A stretch of 64,000 bases of DNA from Nitrospirales bacterium (GTDB taxonomy: Bacteria; Nitrospirota; Nitrospiria; Nitrospirales; UBA8639): positions 64,001 through 128,000 of the forward strand of contig CBDBCZ010000014.1 in NCBI GenBank assembly GCA_965203295.1, in the 5' to 3' direction. A program made the translations under genes and the position numbers. A model generated the notes under the pieces. It saw nothing but the letters and a program-made list of their open reading frames with translations. It had not been told where the DNA came from and ran no database searches. Numbering within the stretch: position 1 is the stretch's first letter; each line of letters begins with the position of its first letter. Below are positions 16,713 through 29,141 of this stretch, one piece after another.

Positions 16713-19700
16713 TCAGAAGTCTTCCATATCTTCCACTAGCACGGCTTCACCACTCGTAACATTCCTGTCAAAGGTCAGCCTCAGGCACTGGACTTTAGGC
16801 AGGGGTTGAGCTAATGAGTCTCCACTCTGGCCTGCAGCATCGTCAGCACCATCCTCATTATTGGCAACCAGTCCCTCTAGCTCTGCAATATTCACCTGTG
16901 GAACAGTTCTTTTCCGAGTGCATGTGCTTGTATAGCAGTGGACTAGACACTGTTTGATCTTCCTCATAGTCTGTGGCAGGTGGCTGCGAAAGTGGTATAT
17001 CAGAATTCCGATGAACGTTGTATAAGTCACGCCTAATGATATACTGCTGACAACATCTTGCGATACTCCCACACTGCTAACAGTTTGAATGTATAGTGAG
17101 GAAACTGATAGCATACCAAGATTTAGAAAGAATGAAGCTTCTAGGGTATCCAAAAGCCAGTTTTTATAGATTCCGGAAGCAATCCACTTGAATCCAAGCA
17201 GGAGCATAACCATCATGGAAACAAACAGCAGATTCAGAGATGTGTCTCCAAGAGAGTTTGCTGCTAATGCTATGAAAAGAATGATGCGAACCAGAAACAA
17301 AAACCCTGCCCAGAACCGATATTTATCCTTGTAGGGTCCAGTATGGGCATCCAAGAAGGGCTTGATCTTCCTCAACCATGACAGCAGCCTGTAGTCATGT
17401 GATCTTGGCCAAAGACATTGCAAAAAGAGGAGCAGTGCTGTGTAGGGAAGAGAGAGCACAAGAAGAAAGACCAGAGCTACCAGAAAGAGAGGAATGTGCT
17501 TGCCAGATAGATACTTGACGTTAGCATCAGCTAGCCAGATGAACTTGGTCGATTTGTCTGGATAGATCAGGGTGGTAAACGATAGAGCTGTAATGATGGT
17601 ACGAAGTATCTTTGTGTAGGAGAGTAATAATAGAGTAGCGAGAACTCGGACAGAATTGTTCCTTCCAAAGACTTTACCGGCAATCGTTGAGTAGCGACTT
17701 GAAACAATCATAAATATCACCATGCCCCAGATGTAGAGAGGAAACACAAACTGCAGCCATGTCCTGGCATACATGTCCATGCCATCGTAGAAACATGTTT
17801 CGATTCCTAGGTCCAGGTTTAACCAGGCAATAACGATGGAAAAGAAGTGCATGCTTTTGGATCGGAAAAAAATAGCTTTGTTCACATGAACTATATTGGC
17901 ATAGAAAACAAGTCCACTGATGGTTCCTTCAGAGACTGTGAGATTTACTGCAGTGAGAGCAAAGATGAGGATCACACCAGCAAGCAAAAACACCAGAATC
18001 AGTGTCAAGTAAACATTGGAGCAGTCAAGACACCTGGATGTTGCTAACGAAAGGCTAAGTCCTGGTTTGCAAGCCCCACATAAAGTGCCGGAGTGATTAA
18101 ATGCGCACTGTTCATCTGGAAAATTGAGGTCGATATCTATATCCTCACTTCTGCAATAGTCAAACGGGCAGTGCTCATGGAGCAAAACACCTGGAATAGA
18201 ATGTGGTGAGGTTTCATTTGCGTCTAAACCATAGTATCCAATCCATGCCGTTGCAGGTCGACGTATCATACCGTGACCACTATTACAATCAGCAACAAGG
18301 TTGATAATTTTGTCAACACAGTCGCACTTGATTTGTGGAGGCACTCCCTTCAATGTGAATCCAGGCGGACAGGTAAGGAGTGTTACATACAATGTGGGTG
18401 GATGAGTATTAGAGAGTGCATTCTCAGCTTTATCTGGACTTTCTGCAGTAAGCGTTAATTCTCCATCACTTTTATTAGAGAATATAGTGTAATGTAGGTT
18501 TGTACACACATTACCAACTTTTTGTGATATCTGAGCCTCATTCAGGCTGTGTGAGCCTGAATCATCTACCAACACTGCAGCTACAACTCCCGGAATGACT
18601 CCATCTCTTTGACCAACTGCTACTGCTGAAACTGTGAACACATCGCCTGGGTAAACTGAGACTGGCCTACGTTTTTCACTACAGTTAGGGTGGTCATTTT
18701 CACAAAGGCATACAAACATTGGATCCGATGAAACAACCGAGAGGCCACTTTGGTAGAATTGAAAGAGTAAATTAAATAACTGTGTGCCATTATAAGAGTC
18801 CTGTTCTTGGATTTGTTCACAGGTTTCTCCAGAAATAGTGCATTCCACTTCATTCGCATATGATTCACCTAAATACTGCTGATATGAATTGTAAGGAAAA
18901 CATGTATCTACATATCCTCCATACAGAGCACTCCCTGCATGTTCAGCTGTGTTGTTTGTAAAAATGAATTGGGAGAATATTTGGGATGAATTGAGGTCGG
19001 GATAGTTGAGGTTAAAGAAGCATTTTGAACTACCTTCACCTTGAGGATTGCATTCTCTCCCTTTGACATAGATTGCACCCCCAGCATAGCGAGCATGGTT
19101 GTCTGTAAAGAAGATATTGGTGGCTCGTTCAAGATACAAGTAAGAGTCTGTACAGAGTTCAATACCAGCACCTTTGAAACCACTGTTGTTGTGAAAGCTG
19201 ATGTTACCTTCCAGGAACAGTGTTGATCCAAACATTTTCAGAGCCCCAACTTCATTGTTGTAAAATTTTCCATTGATAATTGTAACATTTTGAACACCAT
19301 TCAGGTAAATTGCTTTGCCATCATAATCCTTTATTCGTCCACTTGGTTTGCTATCATACACAGATAAATTTATAAATGCAATGCTGAATTCAACAGGCTG
19401 CAGTATATCATCTTGTACATAGATGGCACTGGATTGTGAGGCAGAGTTGTTGCTAAATGTGCAGTTTATCATTGTAACATTCCAGAGCTGACTGGCAAGT
19501 GCACGTGCAACCCTTAGTGGTGAAATATTTATGTCTAAACCACCAACATATTTAGCGGTGTTACCAAAAAATGTCGTGTTTATGAATAAGATTTGATCCA
19601 AGCCATTTTGATCTGTTTGAATTTTAGGTTTATCATCAGATAAGCTCAGATATAATCCTCCACCAGTGCGTGCTTTTCCATTCCCGAAAATAGTGTTTAT

Positions 19701-20957
19701 GAGTTCCACATTGTAACCTTTTTCATAAGGACAGCTATTAAGCCAAGCATTTCCACCACCCTTTAAAGCTTCGTTACTCTCAAAAAGCACTTCTTTTAGC
19801 TGCAAATGATTCTGATGACAATTACTACGTAAAGGGAAAAAACTTACATAGAGACCACCTCCAAAAAATGCAACATTTTCCGAAATGATAGAGTTTGTGA
19901 TACGTACGAAGTTTGTGTATGCTACTGTTTCTTTGAAGCAGGTAGTATTTCGATATTTTGGAACTGTCTGGACTGCAATACCTCCACCAAGTAATGAGTG
20001 CCCTTGTTTAAAAATACAGTTTTCAATCGTAACATAGTTTGAGGTAGTTTCTTGTTCATAAATTAATATAATCAAGTTTCCATTAAATAATTCAGCAAGC
20101 AAATTCTGATTACGATAAAAGTAGGAATCGTATACATTGATATAACTATTTGAGCATGGGTTTTCTAGTTGGACACTAAGCCCTGCTGGTGATTCCAGTC
20201 TGTAACGATTTCCTCCATAAGCAAAAAATGAAGACCTTACGCTAAATTGAACCGTGTCATTGCCAAGCTTATAGCAGTCCAACTCACTTGGGTAGAAATA
20301 GAAATAAGCATTCCCTCCGGGGTAGTCTTCCGAACCCCTGCTGAACAGCACTGTTGAATCAGTTATTGAAGAGTTTCCCAGTACATTCAAACCCACAATT
20401 CCAAATCCTCTACTTTTGTAAATGTAGACGTCAGAGAAATGAGTGTTTGTAACGTTGAATAGGCCTAATGCTAATGCATAATCTGGAAATGGCCGGCTAC
20501 TGCATTCATAAAAAGTTAAATGCTGGAAGGTTAGATTTTCGATTTTCCGAAAAACAAACCCTATTCCACTCGTGCAAAGGATTGTACTCTCTGGCATAAT
20601 GAGACCAAACTCTGCTTGTCTGGTTGTATTACTACCTGCTAACGTGACGTTGGATATATTGTTGAATTCAACAATATACTCTCCGGGGCCCATGTCAATA
20701 AGATGTATACCTGGAAGGAACTGAATCCAGGTGTTTGAAGTGAAGTAATAAGAATTGTTTTGGAGATAGTAGTCGAATGTGTAGCAGGGATAGTCATGAT
20801 CAAGGCACAGAGTGTCTGGGTCAAAGCTTGTATCACTGATGTTGGAGGAATTAGTGGGTTTTACGTAGTAGATGTTTTCTGCAGTGCACAATAGCATTAG
20901 GTTGGGAGTGCAACCCACAGCAACAGCTATCAAAATCAACAGATATGCCGGCTCCAT
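16713..20957 (-). CDS. 1414-aa uncharacterised membrane protein: signal peptide, right-handed beta-helix (pectin-lyase/Pmp-like GGA[ILV] and FxxN repeats) ectodomain, Cys-rich juxtamembrane region, ~9-10 hydrophobic helices, short cytoplasmic tail
   Basis: Single 4245-nt ORF with hydrophobic N-terminus. Repeats include ISENVAFFGGGLY, FESNEALKGGGNA, FFGNTAKYVGGLD, FTDNHARYAGGAIY, FTNNTAEHAGSALY. Many NxS/T sequons; CPPGF..C.C, CPFDYC, QCAFNHSGTLCGAC. C-terminal ~430 aa is multi-pass hydrophobic. Candidate 5'UTR splice acceptor (ttttacgtag on the minus strand) at 20982-20983. Confidence 0.92.
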   Translation of the reverse strand: MEPAYLLILIAVAVGCTPNLMLLCTAENIYYVKPTNSSNISDTSFDPDTLCLDHDYPCYTFDYYLQNNSYYFTSNTWIQFLPGIHLIDMGPGEYIVEFNNISNVTLAGSNTTRQAEFGLIMPESTILCTSGIGFVFRKIENLTFQHLTFYECSSRPFPDYALALGLFNVTNTHFSDVYIYKSRGFGIVGLNVLGNSSITDSTVLFSRGSEDYPGGNAYFYFYPSELDCYKLGNDTVQFSVRSSFFAYGGNRYRLESPAGLSVQLENPCSNSYINVYDSYFYRNQNLLAELFNGNLIILIYEQETTSNYVTIENCIFKQGHSLLGGGIAVQTVPKYRNTTCFKETVAYTNFVRITNSIISENVAFFGGGLYVSFFPLRSNCHQNHLQLKEVLFESNEALKGGGNAWLNSCPYEKGYNVELINTIFGNGKARTGGGLYLSLSDDKPKIQTDQNGLDQILFINTTFFGNTAKYVGGLDINISPLRVARALASQLWNVTMINCTFSNNSASQSSAIYVQDDILQPVEFSIAFINLSVYDSKPSGRIKDYDGKAIYLNGVQNVTIINGKFYNNEVGALKMFGSTLFLEGNISFHNNSGFKGAGIELCTDSYLYLERATNIFFTDNHARYAGGAIYVKGRECNPQGEGSSKCFFNLNYPDLNSSQIFSQFIFTNNTAEHAGSALYGGYVDTCFPYNSYQQYLGESYANEVECTISGETCEQIQEQDSYNGTQLFNLLFQFYQSGLSVVSSDPMFVCLCENDHPNCSEKRRPVSVYPGDVFTVSAVAVGQRDGVIPGVVAAVLVDDSGSHSLNEAQISQKVGNVCTNLHYTIFSNKSDGELTLTAESPDKAENALSNTHPPTLYVTLLTCPPGFTLKGVPPQIKCDCVDKIINLVADCNSGHGMIRRPATAWIGYYGLDANETSPHSIPGVLLHEHCPFDYCRSEDIDIDLNFPDEQCAFNHSGTLCGACKPGLSLSLATSRCLDCSNVYLTLILVFLLAGVILIFALTAVNLTVSEGTISGLVFYANIVHVNKAIFFRSKSMHFFSIVIAWLNLDLGIETCFYDGMDMYARTWLQFVFPLYIWGMVIFMIVSSRYSTIAGKVFGRNNSVRVLATLLLLSYTKILRTIITALSFTTLIYPDKSTKFIWLADANVKYLSGKHIPLFLVALVFLLVLSLPYTALLLFLQCLWPRSHDYRLLSWLRKIKPFLDAHTGPYKDKYRFWAGFLFLVRIILFIALAANSLGDTSLNLLFVSMMVMLLLGFKWIASGIYKNWLLDTLEASFFLNLGMLSVSSLYIQTVSSVGVSQDVVSSISLGVTYTTFIGILIYHFRSHLPQTMRKIKQCLVHCYTSTCTRKRTVPQVNIAELEGLVANNEDGADDAAGQSGDSLAQPLPKVQCLRLTFDRNVTSGEAVLVEDMEDF

Positions 20958-21596
20958 TCAAGTTTGTGTCACGTTCACAGCCTACGTAAAAGAATCATTA
21001 GCAATAATTCCACACACAAAACTATACATACAAATGCAAACAAATAAGCTTTATCATTTGTAAGTATAAGTATATTGGATAGATACCTGGCTATAGGGAT
21101 TTAACCGTAATTATGTACAATTCATTAATGAGGTAAAAACCATTGACACATATGCCTGTTCGTCCAAGGATTTTATGTGAGTTGAATCCCTCTGGTAGTA
21201 CCCAGCCTTTTGATAGCCTCACACTTCTTGATCACTTAAGTATACGTATTGGTGAAATCTCCCTGGCAGTACCTGGTACTTTGATAGCTGTGGGGAGGCC
21301 TGGGAACCAGGCTACTTCTTGATTGCTGATATAGTCTAAGTAGGCTCAATCACTCAGGTAGTGCCCAGTGCTCTGATGGCCTTGAGCTTCTTGATTGCCT
21401 AAGTAGGTTAAGGTTATGAGATATAGGAATCATAACGATATTTGTAAAGAGTAAATTTTTCTAACCATGAAATGTGACATTCTAGGTAGATTTCCACTAC
21501 TGTATTTTGCGTAAGCTTAATGAAGCTCTGTGTACATCTAACATGTGCCTGCACTTGTAAGGAACCTACAAGCATTTAATTAGCTAGCTAGCTACA

Positions 21597-21785
21597 AGTA
21601 ATAGTTAAAGGTCAGTTTGGGTGAGGGGAATCTAAAGTCCGAGGTGAAGCCGAGGAGTTTAACCCCTCACCCAAACTGAACTTTAACTGATTTAATGTAC
21701 ATTGGTATAGCAATGATCCCTGTACGTGGCCTCCTTTGAGTGCTATAAGTGTGGGAAAAAGTGGTTGCCATGGTAATGTACATTA
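21597..21785. mobile_element. ~190-bp repeat with terminal hairpin (opposite-orientation copies at ~38125-38292 and ~41170-41360)
   Basis: Present in copy B, absent from copy A (site ~4725). Inverted arms gttaaaggtcagtttgggtgagggg / cccctcacccaaactgaactttaac enclose ccgaggtgaagccgagg. Confidence 0.8.
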
Positions 21786-24114
21786 ATGTAGCTAACAGGT
21801 TCCAGATAATATTGGACCAAAAACACTATGTATATCATAGGCAGTGATGATAAATTACCATTTACGGTAAGTGCAGTACATACTGGAGGGTACCGGTATG
21901 ATGGAAGACTTTGTGGGCATCTTGTGGGATTCCTGAAATATGGCCCCACATAGTCAATAATCTTACGCTATAAAGCTTTCCTCAAGTGTGCTAATAAACG
22001 ATATCTTTAAGCTATTCATAAGTCGTTATACATAGTTATCTTGCCTGACTGACCCTGAGGGCAATACCTGGTGCGAGAATTTGTGGCATGTTACTATTTT
22101 GATATCTTAAAACCATGCAGTTTGTACCACTAATTAGCTATTTACGTATTGCAGTAACTGTGCTGTAAAAAGTATACAGCTATGTACTGGTACAGCAGGT
22201 GATGACAGAGATACTAAATATTTGCGGTATCCCTCACACTTCTTTTTGATTGTTTACATACCTGTAGTCTAAGCAACATAGACACCTGGCTCTCTGGATT
22301 TAACATACTTAAACATCCCATGGAACCACCAATTTAAGTGTTATCAAATTATTAGCCAGGCAGACACAGTTTATCTTATACTAAACACCTGTGGGAACTG
22401 AGGAAGTGTTCGTGTGAGAAAACAAACTGGAAAACTGGTCGCATGAGCAGGTACACTTGCAAAGTAATGACAAATACATACACCACATGCATGCCAAAAA
22501 ATTTAATATGACTGCTGCATATATGGCGCCGGTTGTCTGGTAGCTATACTAAGTATTCAAACAACTCCATTGGGAAATTATCAGACCAGTGGGTTGTTGT
22601 TGTTATCCCACGCGTATGCGGCAGAGTTAAGGGATTGGTTCTGTCCGTCTGTTTGTCTGTCGTCTGTCTGTATCACAATTTACAGGATTCAGTGATTGCT
22701 AAACGTGACAGTAACATTGATATCTAAAAAAATGCTCAAATAATAGTCGCCAACTTGGTTCTATTTGCTGCATCTCCACATGTCTAACAATAATGGTGCG
22801 TTTTGCCATTCTTTTATTACGGTCACAACTAGGATATGACAGGGGCCAGGCATATACAGACTATAGACACGAATTCATATTGGCGAATACGTAGTCCGTG
22901 TCGACCACAATTGGTCGTGCCCACAGCATGAATATAGGGTATACAGCTACCCAACCAGCTGCACTGTACCAACGGCTCCATCAACCAAGTCTGCAGTCCA
23001 GCCAGGTCCCAGTTGTTAGTAATGCAGTGTGGGCTACGTATGTCTCTGCTAGAGACTTTTAGTTATCGTTTTTATAATGAGTGAACCCAGCAAAGCTGGA
23101 GGTAAGTTGATGTGTGTATGTGTCTCAAGGGAGTTCATCAAGGTGAAAAAATGTCGCAAATTAATGCATTGCCAACGTGTTTTGACTTTCTTAGTCAAGT
23201 ATGCGAACTAACAGGTTTGCTATTAAAGCACTGGAGGATAGCAGACCATAGCAACACCTGCATACATATATCAACATAGCTAGCACTAACGTGGTGCACA
23301 GTACAAGAGAGCGAACAGCCATCTACACTGTTCCATCAAAGGGCGAATGGCGAGACTTTAACTCAGGGTTAATAGTCGCTAATTAACTAAGGGCAAATTT
23401 CCACAGACAGATGTGGTGGCTTTGCTACACAGAATCAGAAAATGCCATCGTTCGCTAGCTACAGTGTTGCCTCCATGGATATTAAAGAAACTCAATGAGA
23501 TTCGCCATTCGGCAACAGCCTAAATCAGTTAGAAGCCTCAACCAATGGGTTCTTCGCTATTTATAACTTTTGCTTTGCTTAGGACACCACAGCCTCAGGC
23601 CTTGAACTTTGAGGGTCTGGGATACCGAGACTTCCTTAGTAGCCTTTGCTGAATTCGTTTCAGTGCCCAACTATTGTTAAAACTTAGCTCATGATCATAT
23701 ATATCACTTTTAAAAAAATTCCACATGACAAAATTTCCAGGTTTCCTTGACAAAAGTATGATTGTGAAGGCTGATATCCAACAAAGATAAATTTTGTACA
23801 CAATCATGTACTTATGCTTGAGTGCTATACTGTTATTGTTACTACACAGCTCTGTAAAGGCTTAGGTGAAGCAAGCACAACCACAAAGATAAAAATCATG
23901 TTAGTCTAAGAACAGGAAAATCACAAAGGTTTTACACATGCAAAATATTGGTACAAGAACTTTGCAACAGCAAGCCAGGCCAGTAAAAAGTAAAAGCACA
24001 TCAGTCTATAGTGTAGATAATTGGTTTGATCCAAGAAGTAACCATCTCCTTCATAAGAGGATTTCAAAGCCTAATTAAGCACTCCCCCATCCATTAGCGC
24101 AGTGGGCGACATGT

Positions 24115-24586
24115 ATATAATATAGCATGGTTAGTAGGTGTATATGCGATATATACGACCTGGCATCGAGGTCAGAGGAAGTTTACGTCATATAGCCCGA
24201 GGCGCGAAGCGCCGAGGGCTATATGACATAAACTTCCGATGACCGAGATGCGTGGTCGTATATACTCGCATATACACCGTATACTAACCATGCTATATCG
24301 TATATATGCTATAGATGTGTGGGTGGACGGTTAGTGCGCATGCACATATACTACTGCGTGCCAGTTCGAAAGAGAAGTAGGCAAGGATCGAGCTAGATCA
24401 AGATGGCGCGCTGTGGTAGTATACATGCATGTCTGCTGCTTCTGATTTTACATCCTCTTTGAATCAACTCATTTCCTGTTAAATAAGTGTCTGAAATATA
24501 CACTGGTGTATATATAGGCTGGGTTTACACGTGATATATACACCTAGCGGTGACTTTGATCCACCCACGCACTATAGTATATATAT
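24115..24586. mobile_element. ~470-bp foldback element with a ~180-bp terminal hairpin
   Basis: Absent from copy A (site ~6938, atatat). Imperfect palindrome 24120-24298 centred on gcccgag-gcgcgaagcgc-cgagggc. Confidence 0.8.
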
Positions 24587-27500
24587 GTGAAAACTGCAAC
24601 CTTCTCAGGAGTGCATGACCCCAAAAGGTAGGGAGGAGCTCTTACTTCATACAACCACGTGCACATCTGGCTTCACTAGCTACTCAAGTAGTTACTACAG
24701 GAATCAGCAAGCTTGTAGTTTAGCACACATTTCATATAAGCAAAGATCCATGCACGTGTACTTATAATGTCTGGATCACTTCTGTTGAAGTACAAAGATC
24801 CTTCTTCCCCTTTGGGGTTCATGCATGCACTCCTGCTAGCATATAGGCAATAAGTGATTTGTACACGGAATTGCCACTGTTGACTGTATAGTACTAGTCA
24901 TCCCTTTGCATGACATATTGAAGACAGCTTTAAGGTTAGGGGGGTTTACTCCGCCCATATCATCCAGTTGTCATGGAAAATACGTATAAAAGGTGTATTG
25001 GGTGCAGAACCTGTCACAGTAAATCACTTCTGAGCTACTCATGAGTCTGATTCACACTTCTACTAATTTAAAAGCTTCCAAAGGATTTGTATATTCAGAC
25101 ATTGAGAACAAAGACTTACTGTCTACCTCCAGAGTGCATAAAGTAAATCTAGAATAGCGCTCATTATTCTGTAACGAAGGGCAATAAGTTTTCATTCTCG
25201 ATGTCTACACATGAATACTATAGATCTACAGACACATGCGGCCATGGCTTCACCAGTATCTGTCTCTTGGATTTGGAGGGATTTACCGGGAATGCATTTC
25301 AAGCTGTTAAGTGAATATATATAGCGCCTGTACGATGAAAAGACTGCACGCATCGACAAAAATTTGGGGTTCTGCTTTCTCCAGTCTTTATACTCTAGCC
25401 CTGCATAGTTTTAGTGGCCTAGGTTCCATTGCCGTGTTGTCAACCTATCACATACAAGCTCTAGGATTTTTCAGCCTTGGGCCTAGCCTTAACAAAATAT
25501 ATAGCTACATATGTACCAGGGTAGCTATATACAGTGAAAGGAACGCTTAAATTAGCTATGCATCATGGTCCAGGAATATTTGAAAAGAAGAGTGACCAAG
25601 ATCGTGCAAGGATGTTGAATAGTTTCTTGACAGACTCCCTTACTAAGACTGCAACTGTGTAATTTATAGCTGGTCCTTTGTTTTCGAAGTCAGTGATTAC
25701 AAATCTCGGTACCAGCCCACTACTCACGGCAAACGATTCTTCGCACTTAACAGCTGCAGGATACCGTAAGTGATATCCTCCTATAGCCTCGTTCCCAGTT
25801 TCCACTTTTTATATATAAAAAACGCTGTCTGATTGTAATCCAGTAACGGTTCTTCCATGATCCGTGTTCCAGCTATATAGCTGACGTGCTTCCATCACGC
25901 TGCATGCCAGTACGGTACCCGCGCACGACGGAACCCGCAAGACGGAAAGAAGTCCAGTTTTTTGGCTTTTGTTGTTTTTGTTTTTCACGGGTTTTTTTTG
26001 CGGCAGATACTGCAAGTGATTTGTGCTGGAAAGACGTTGGAGATGGCTATAGCTAGACTAAATTAAACCGTGTAAATAATATGCATCAATGCAAGATCAA
26101 TATACCACTATATGTAAGCTTAAACATGTAGCTATGTAGGCCTACTTTGTTCCGTTTGGCTTCTGCTGCCGCAACAAACGCGAAATCTCGTACAAATCTG
26201 CTGGAATCCCTTGAAATTTTGGCAAACTTGAATCTCAGAATCTTGGCTGAAATCTATACAACGCAAGCGCATTTGTAGGCTATAAACAAGGACACTTAAT
26301 ACTATAAGTGTCCTTGCTATAAAGCAGCACAAAATAATTACGATAGAAGTTCGAAAGCGATCACGTGGGTGGTTACTAAAACCCGGAACGGAACGGAACG
26401 GTAGCAGAACGTTCTGGTGTCATGGGAAAATGGAAATGGGACCCCGGGGCGTACTTCCTAACCGATCAGGGAACGATTGAACTTAACAAATGAGACCTTC
26501 TAGCTATTCCTTTCCAGCAGTTGAGGTGCAGGGCATACTGGCTCTCATACTCCACAGCAGACACCAGCTCACACCACGTCCCAGTGTCACTCTGAGTGCT
26601 AGACTAGCTATTGAGTTTGAGCTTTCAATCCAACACGATGAATTAGCTATACTCTGTATGAGCAGTACAAAAACGGCTTGTATGTGTAGTATAATTGACT
26701 CGCTGGCAGCCATCAATTTGTGCACTTGAGTGTTGTGCAGTGTAGGTCATGTCTATTGTGGTGTAGGTCATGTCACTCTATTGGTCATGTTCTTTCCAAA
26801 AGATTAATTAGGGTTCCTTTTTCATTTTTCTGCTTTATATATTACAGTGACCTTACCTGAAACACCAGAAGATCAGCAAATACTTCTCGGTCATAGCTAA
26901 TGGTTCAGTTACTATAAGAATGTGTAGTGAAATTTTTATATCAGTAAACTGTAGTTCACAGAACAGTGCACTCCAGAGTGTTTTGTGTGGGAGGAGTTGC
27001 ACCACAATACAGTTGTCGGTATTGATAGTGTTACTGTAGTGGCATGGTCTGTTCAGCAATATGTTCTCAGCGGATTGGCTGTTTGAGTCCTCTCGTGCAT
27101 CAACTACAAGAGAATGTACGCTTTACATTAGCATTTTTGTTGTTCCATATACTTTATATCTTTTATTGCATGACACAAGTGTTGGACTTTATGGAATTAA
27201 TGCAGTAAATTTTGCTACACTAACAACTTTTCCCTATCGTTTCCCAATGTTCTCTTTCCCTTCTATCTTCATTGTGTACAGTGTAATTGCTTTTGGAATG
27301 CTAGAGCTGGACATACTTATTGGCTACACCAACCGCACCTCCCTGCATGTATTGCAATTCCATGCAGAGACTTAATTGGCGCAGAGTAGCTACAGGTATT
27401 ACAAATGAGACACATTTTTGTACTGTAAAAGATACATAACTGGTAGCTATATGCTACATGTATAGTATACTCAAGATCAACTCTTCTGAGTCAATTATTT

Positions 27501-28086
27501 AGGAAAGATATCAGCATATGCAGATCTTGTAGCTGACCATTAAGGTCGCATCGCATTTCTTCAGCTGTTGTAAACATGTGCTATACCTGTATGTGCAGTT
27601 ATGTCTAGCTATATTATACAGATAGTATTGATAAACATTCTGAGTACAATAGTAATTAAAAGTGTTTGAGGTAAAAAATTGAACTGATGTCTACTAAATA
27701 AATACAAAAAAAACCTTGAGTAACATGCGATGGGAGAAATTTGGTTTTGTGCATGCAAAATTGTCAAACACTGTTTTCTTCATCACCACACATACAACAG
27801 GTCTTGGTTCCTTCTACGCTGCGTTAGTCTTGGATATGTTCTGGATCTCTGATTCATGGTGGTCCTGTTCTGGCAACTTGTGCTCCCCTTTCATGCCAAG
27901 AGTTTTGAGGCCAGAGGATATCTCCAATAGCTACATTCACCTCGCGATGGTCATTGCTGCAATTGTTCTGCCGTGGCTACATGTACAATGGCACGCACGC
28001 CGCTTGCTCACTTATTGGCGGGCGAAGAATCGCTTCTGTATGTGCCATTGCGCATGCTCGGACAGCCACTCGTTAACTTAGTTTAT

Positions 28087-28139
28087 TAGTCTCGTGCCCA
28101 GACCATCGCTCTAGGAGCGACGGGCTGGGCACGAGACTA
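28087..28139. mobile_element. 53-bp minimal TIR element with 9-bp TSD
   Basis: ttagtttat [tagtctcgtgcccag...ctgggcacgagacta] ttagtttat; same termini as 40308-40870. Confidence 0.85.
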
Positions 28140-29107
28140 TTAGTTTATTAACCATAAGGGTTAACCTCCATTATAGATCTAGTCTCGCGAACCAGCCAAA
28201 GCAAAAAACCGCGGGACTAAATGACCGGACAGGTACGCAGATATACCGGCCAATACAATCTCCTAGTTGCTCAGCCCGCGACTTTTTCGGTTGCACGAAG
28301 GAAATGGCGCGGGCCTGGAACGAGACTAACCGTCTGGCACATGGTAAAAAAATAGTGCGCGGATTTGCCGTTGTCACGTCGCTGGGCGGGGCTCGGAGAA
28401 AGGGCGGAGCTGGGATAAGATGCATGCGTTGTTGGGTGGGTGGGGCTGATGGCCAATCGTTGATAAGCTCAGTAAGCCTATTGCATGAGGTTAGCTTGTT
28501 GATTATATAGTGAGATTGCATGAAAAAAAGGTGAGTTATATATCCGGTCGGTTCTTTCCTGTGTCAGAGTCGTAAGTGACCCCACTCCCTGGCAGAAGTG
28601 ATGCCTCCCATGCAACTCCCCCCCCCCCCCCAGCTCGTCTCGTGACCACCCTTAACAACATGCATGGCGGTACGTCACCAATAGACTAGTACTGTTAGTG
28701 ATGGCAGGTAAGTCACTGAATGCTGGTACATCATTACCACCGTTCAGTGAATTATTTTGTGGAGAACAAGAATATTATCCACAGCGGAGAATATTCTCCC
28801 AGGCCGACGATATGTACACATGTACTCTCTCCAGTCTTTGTTCCTGTAAAGAGTCATTCAGTTTACCTCCATGTGTTCAGTGTGCCTGATTGTGGTGTTT
28901 ACATTATAAAAAATAATAGCGCACTCTCTGTGTCTTTCCTCTCCCTTTATTCTTTTTTGCTCTACGCCTGCTTGGACTCGTGTGGGTAGCAAAGGGCTGC
29001 ATGGTGAAGGGCTATAGTTGGAAGCCAGGCTCAGCTGCAGTATGTTGCTCAGGCAGGGAATGTCTTTGTTTGTAAACACTAGTGCTCCATGCAGTAAGCG
29101 ATTGGTT

Positions 29108-29141
<34 letters not shown>

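Larger units (their letters stand above)
15957..26377 (+). repeat. Segmental duplication copy B
   Basis: Colinear with 1-10076; carries extra sequence at 21597-21785, ~23390-23510 and ~24115-24586 that is absent from copy A. Confidence 0.95.

Noticed and set aside
16713..20957. Calling the gene a chlamydial pmp or bacterial contamination
   Set aside because: No autotransporter beta-barrel; it has alpha-helical TM segments, many N-glycosylation sequons, Cys-rich modules and eukaryotic repeat-rich flanks.
26490..27960. Possible decayed minus-strand gene (donor-like site at ~26855, exon-like composition)
   Set aside because: All frames are interrupted by stops and no domain was recognised; needs a BLASTx/HMM search.
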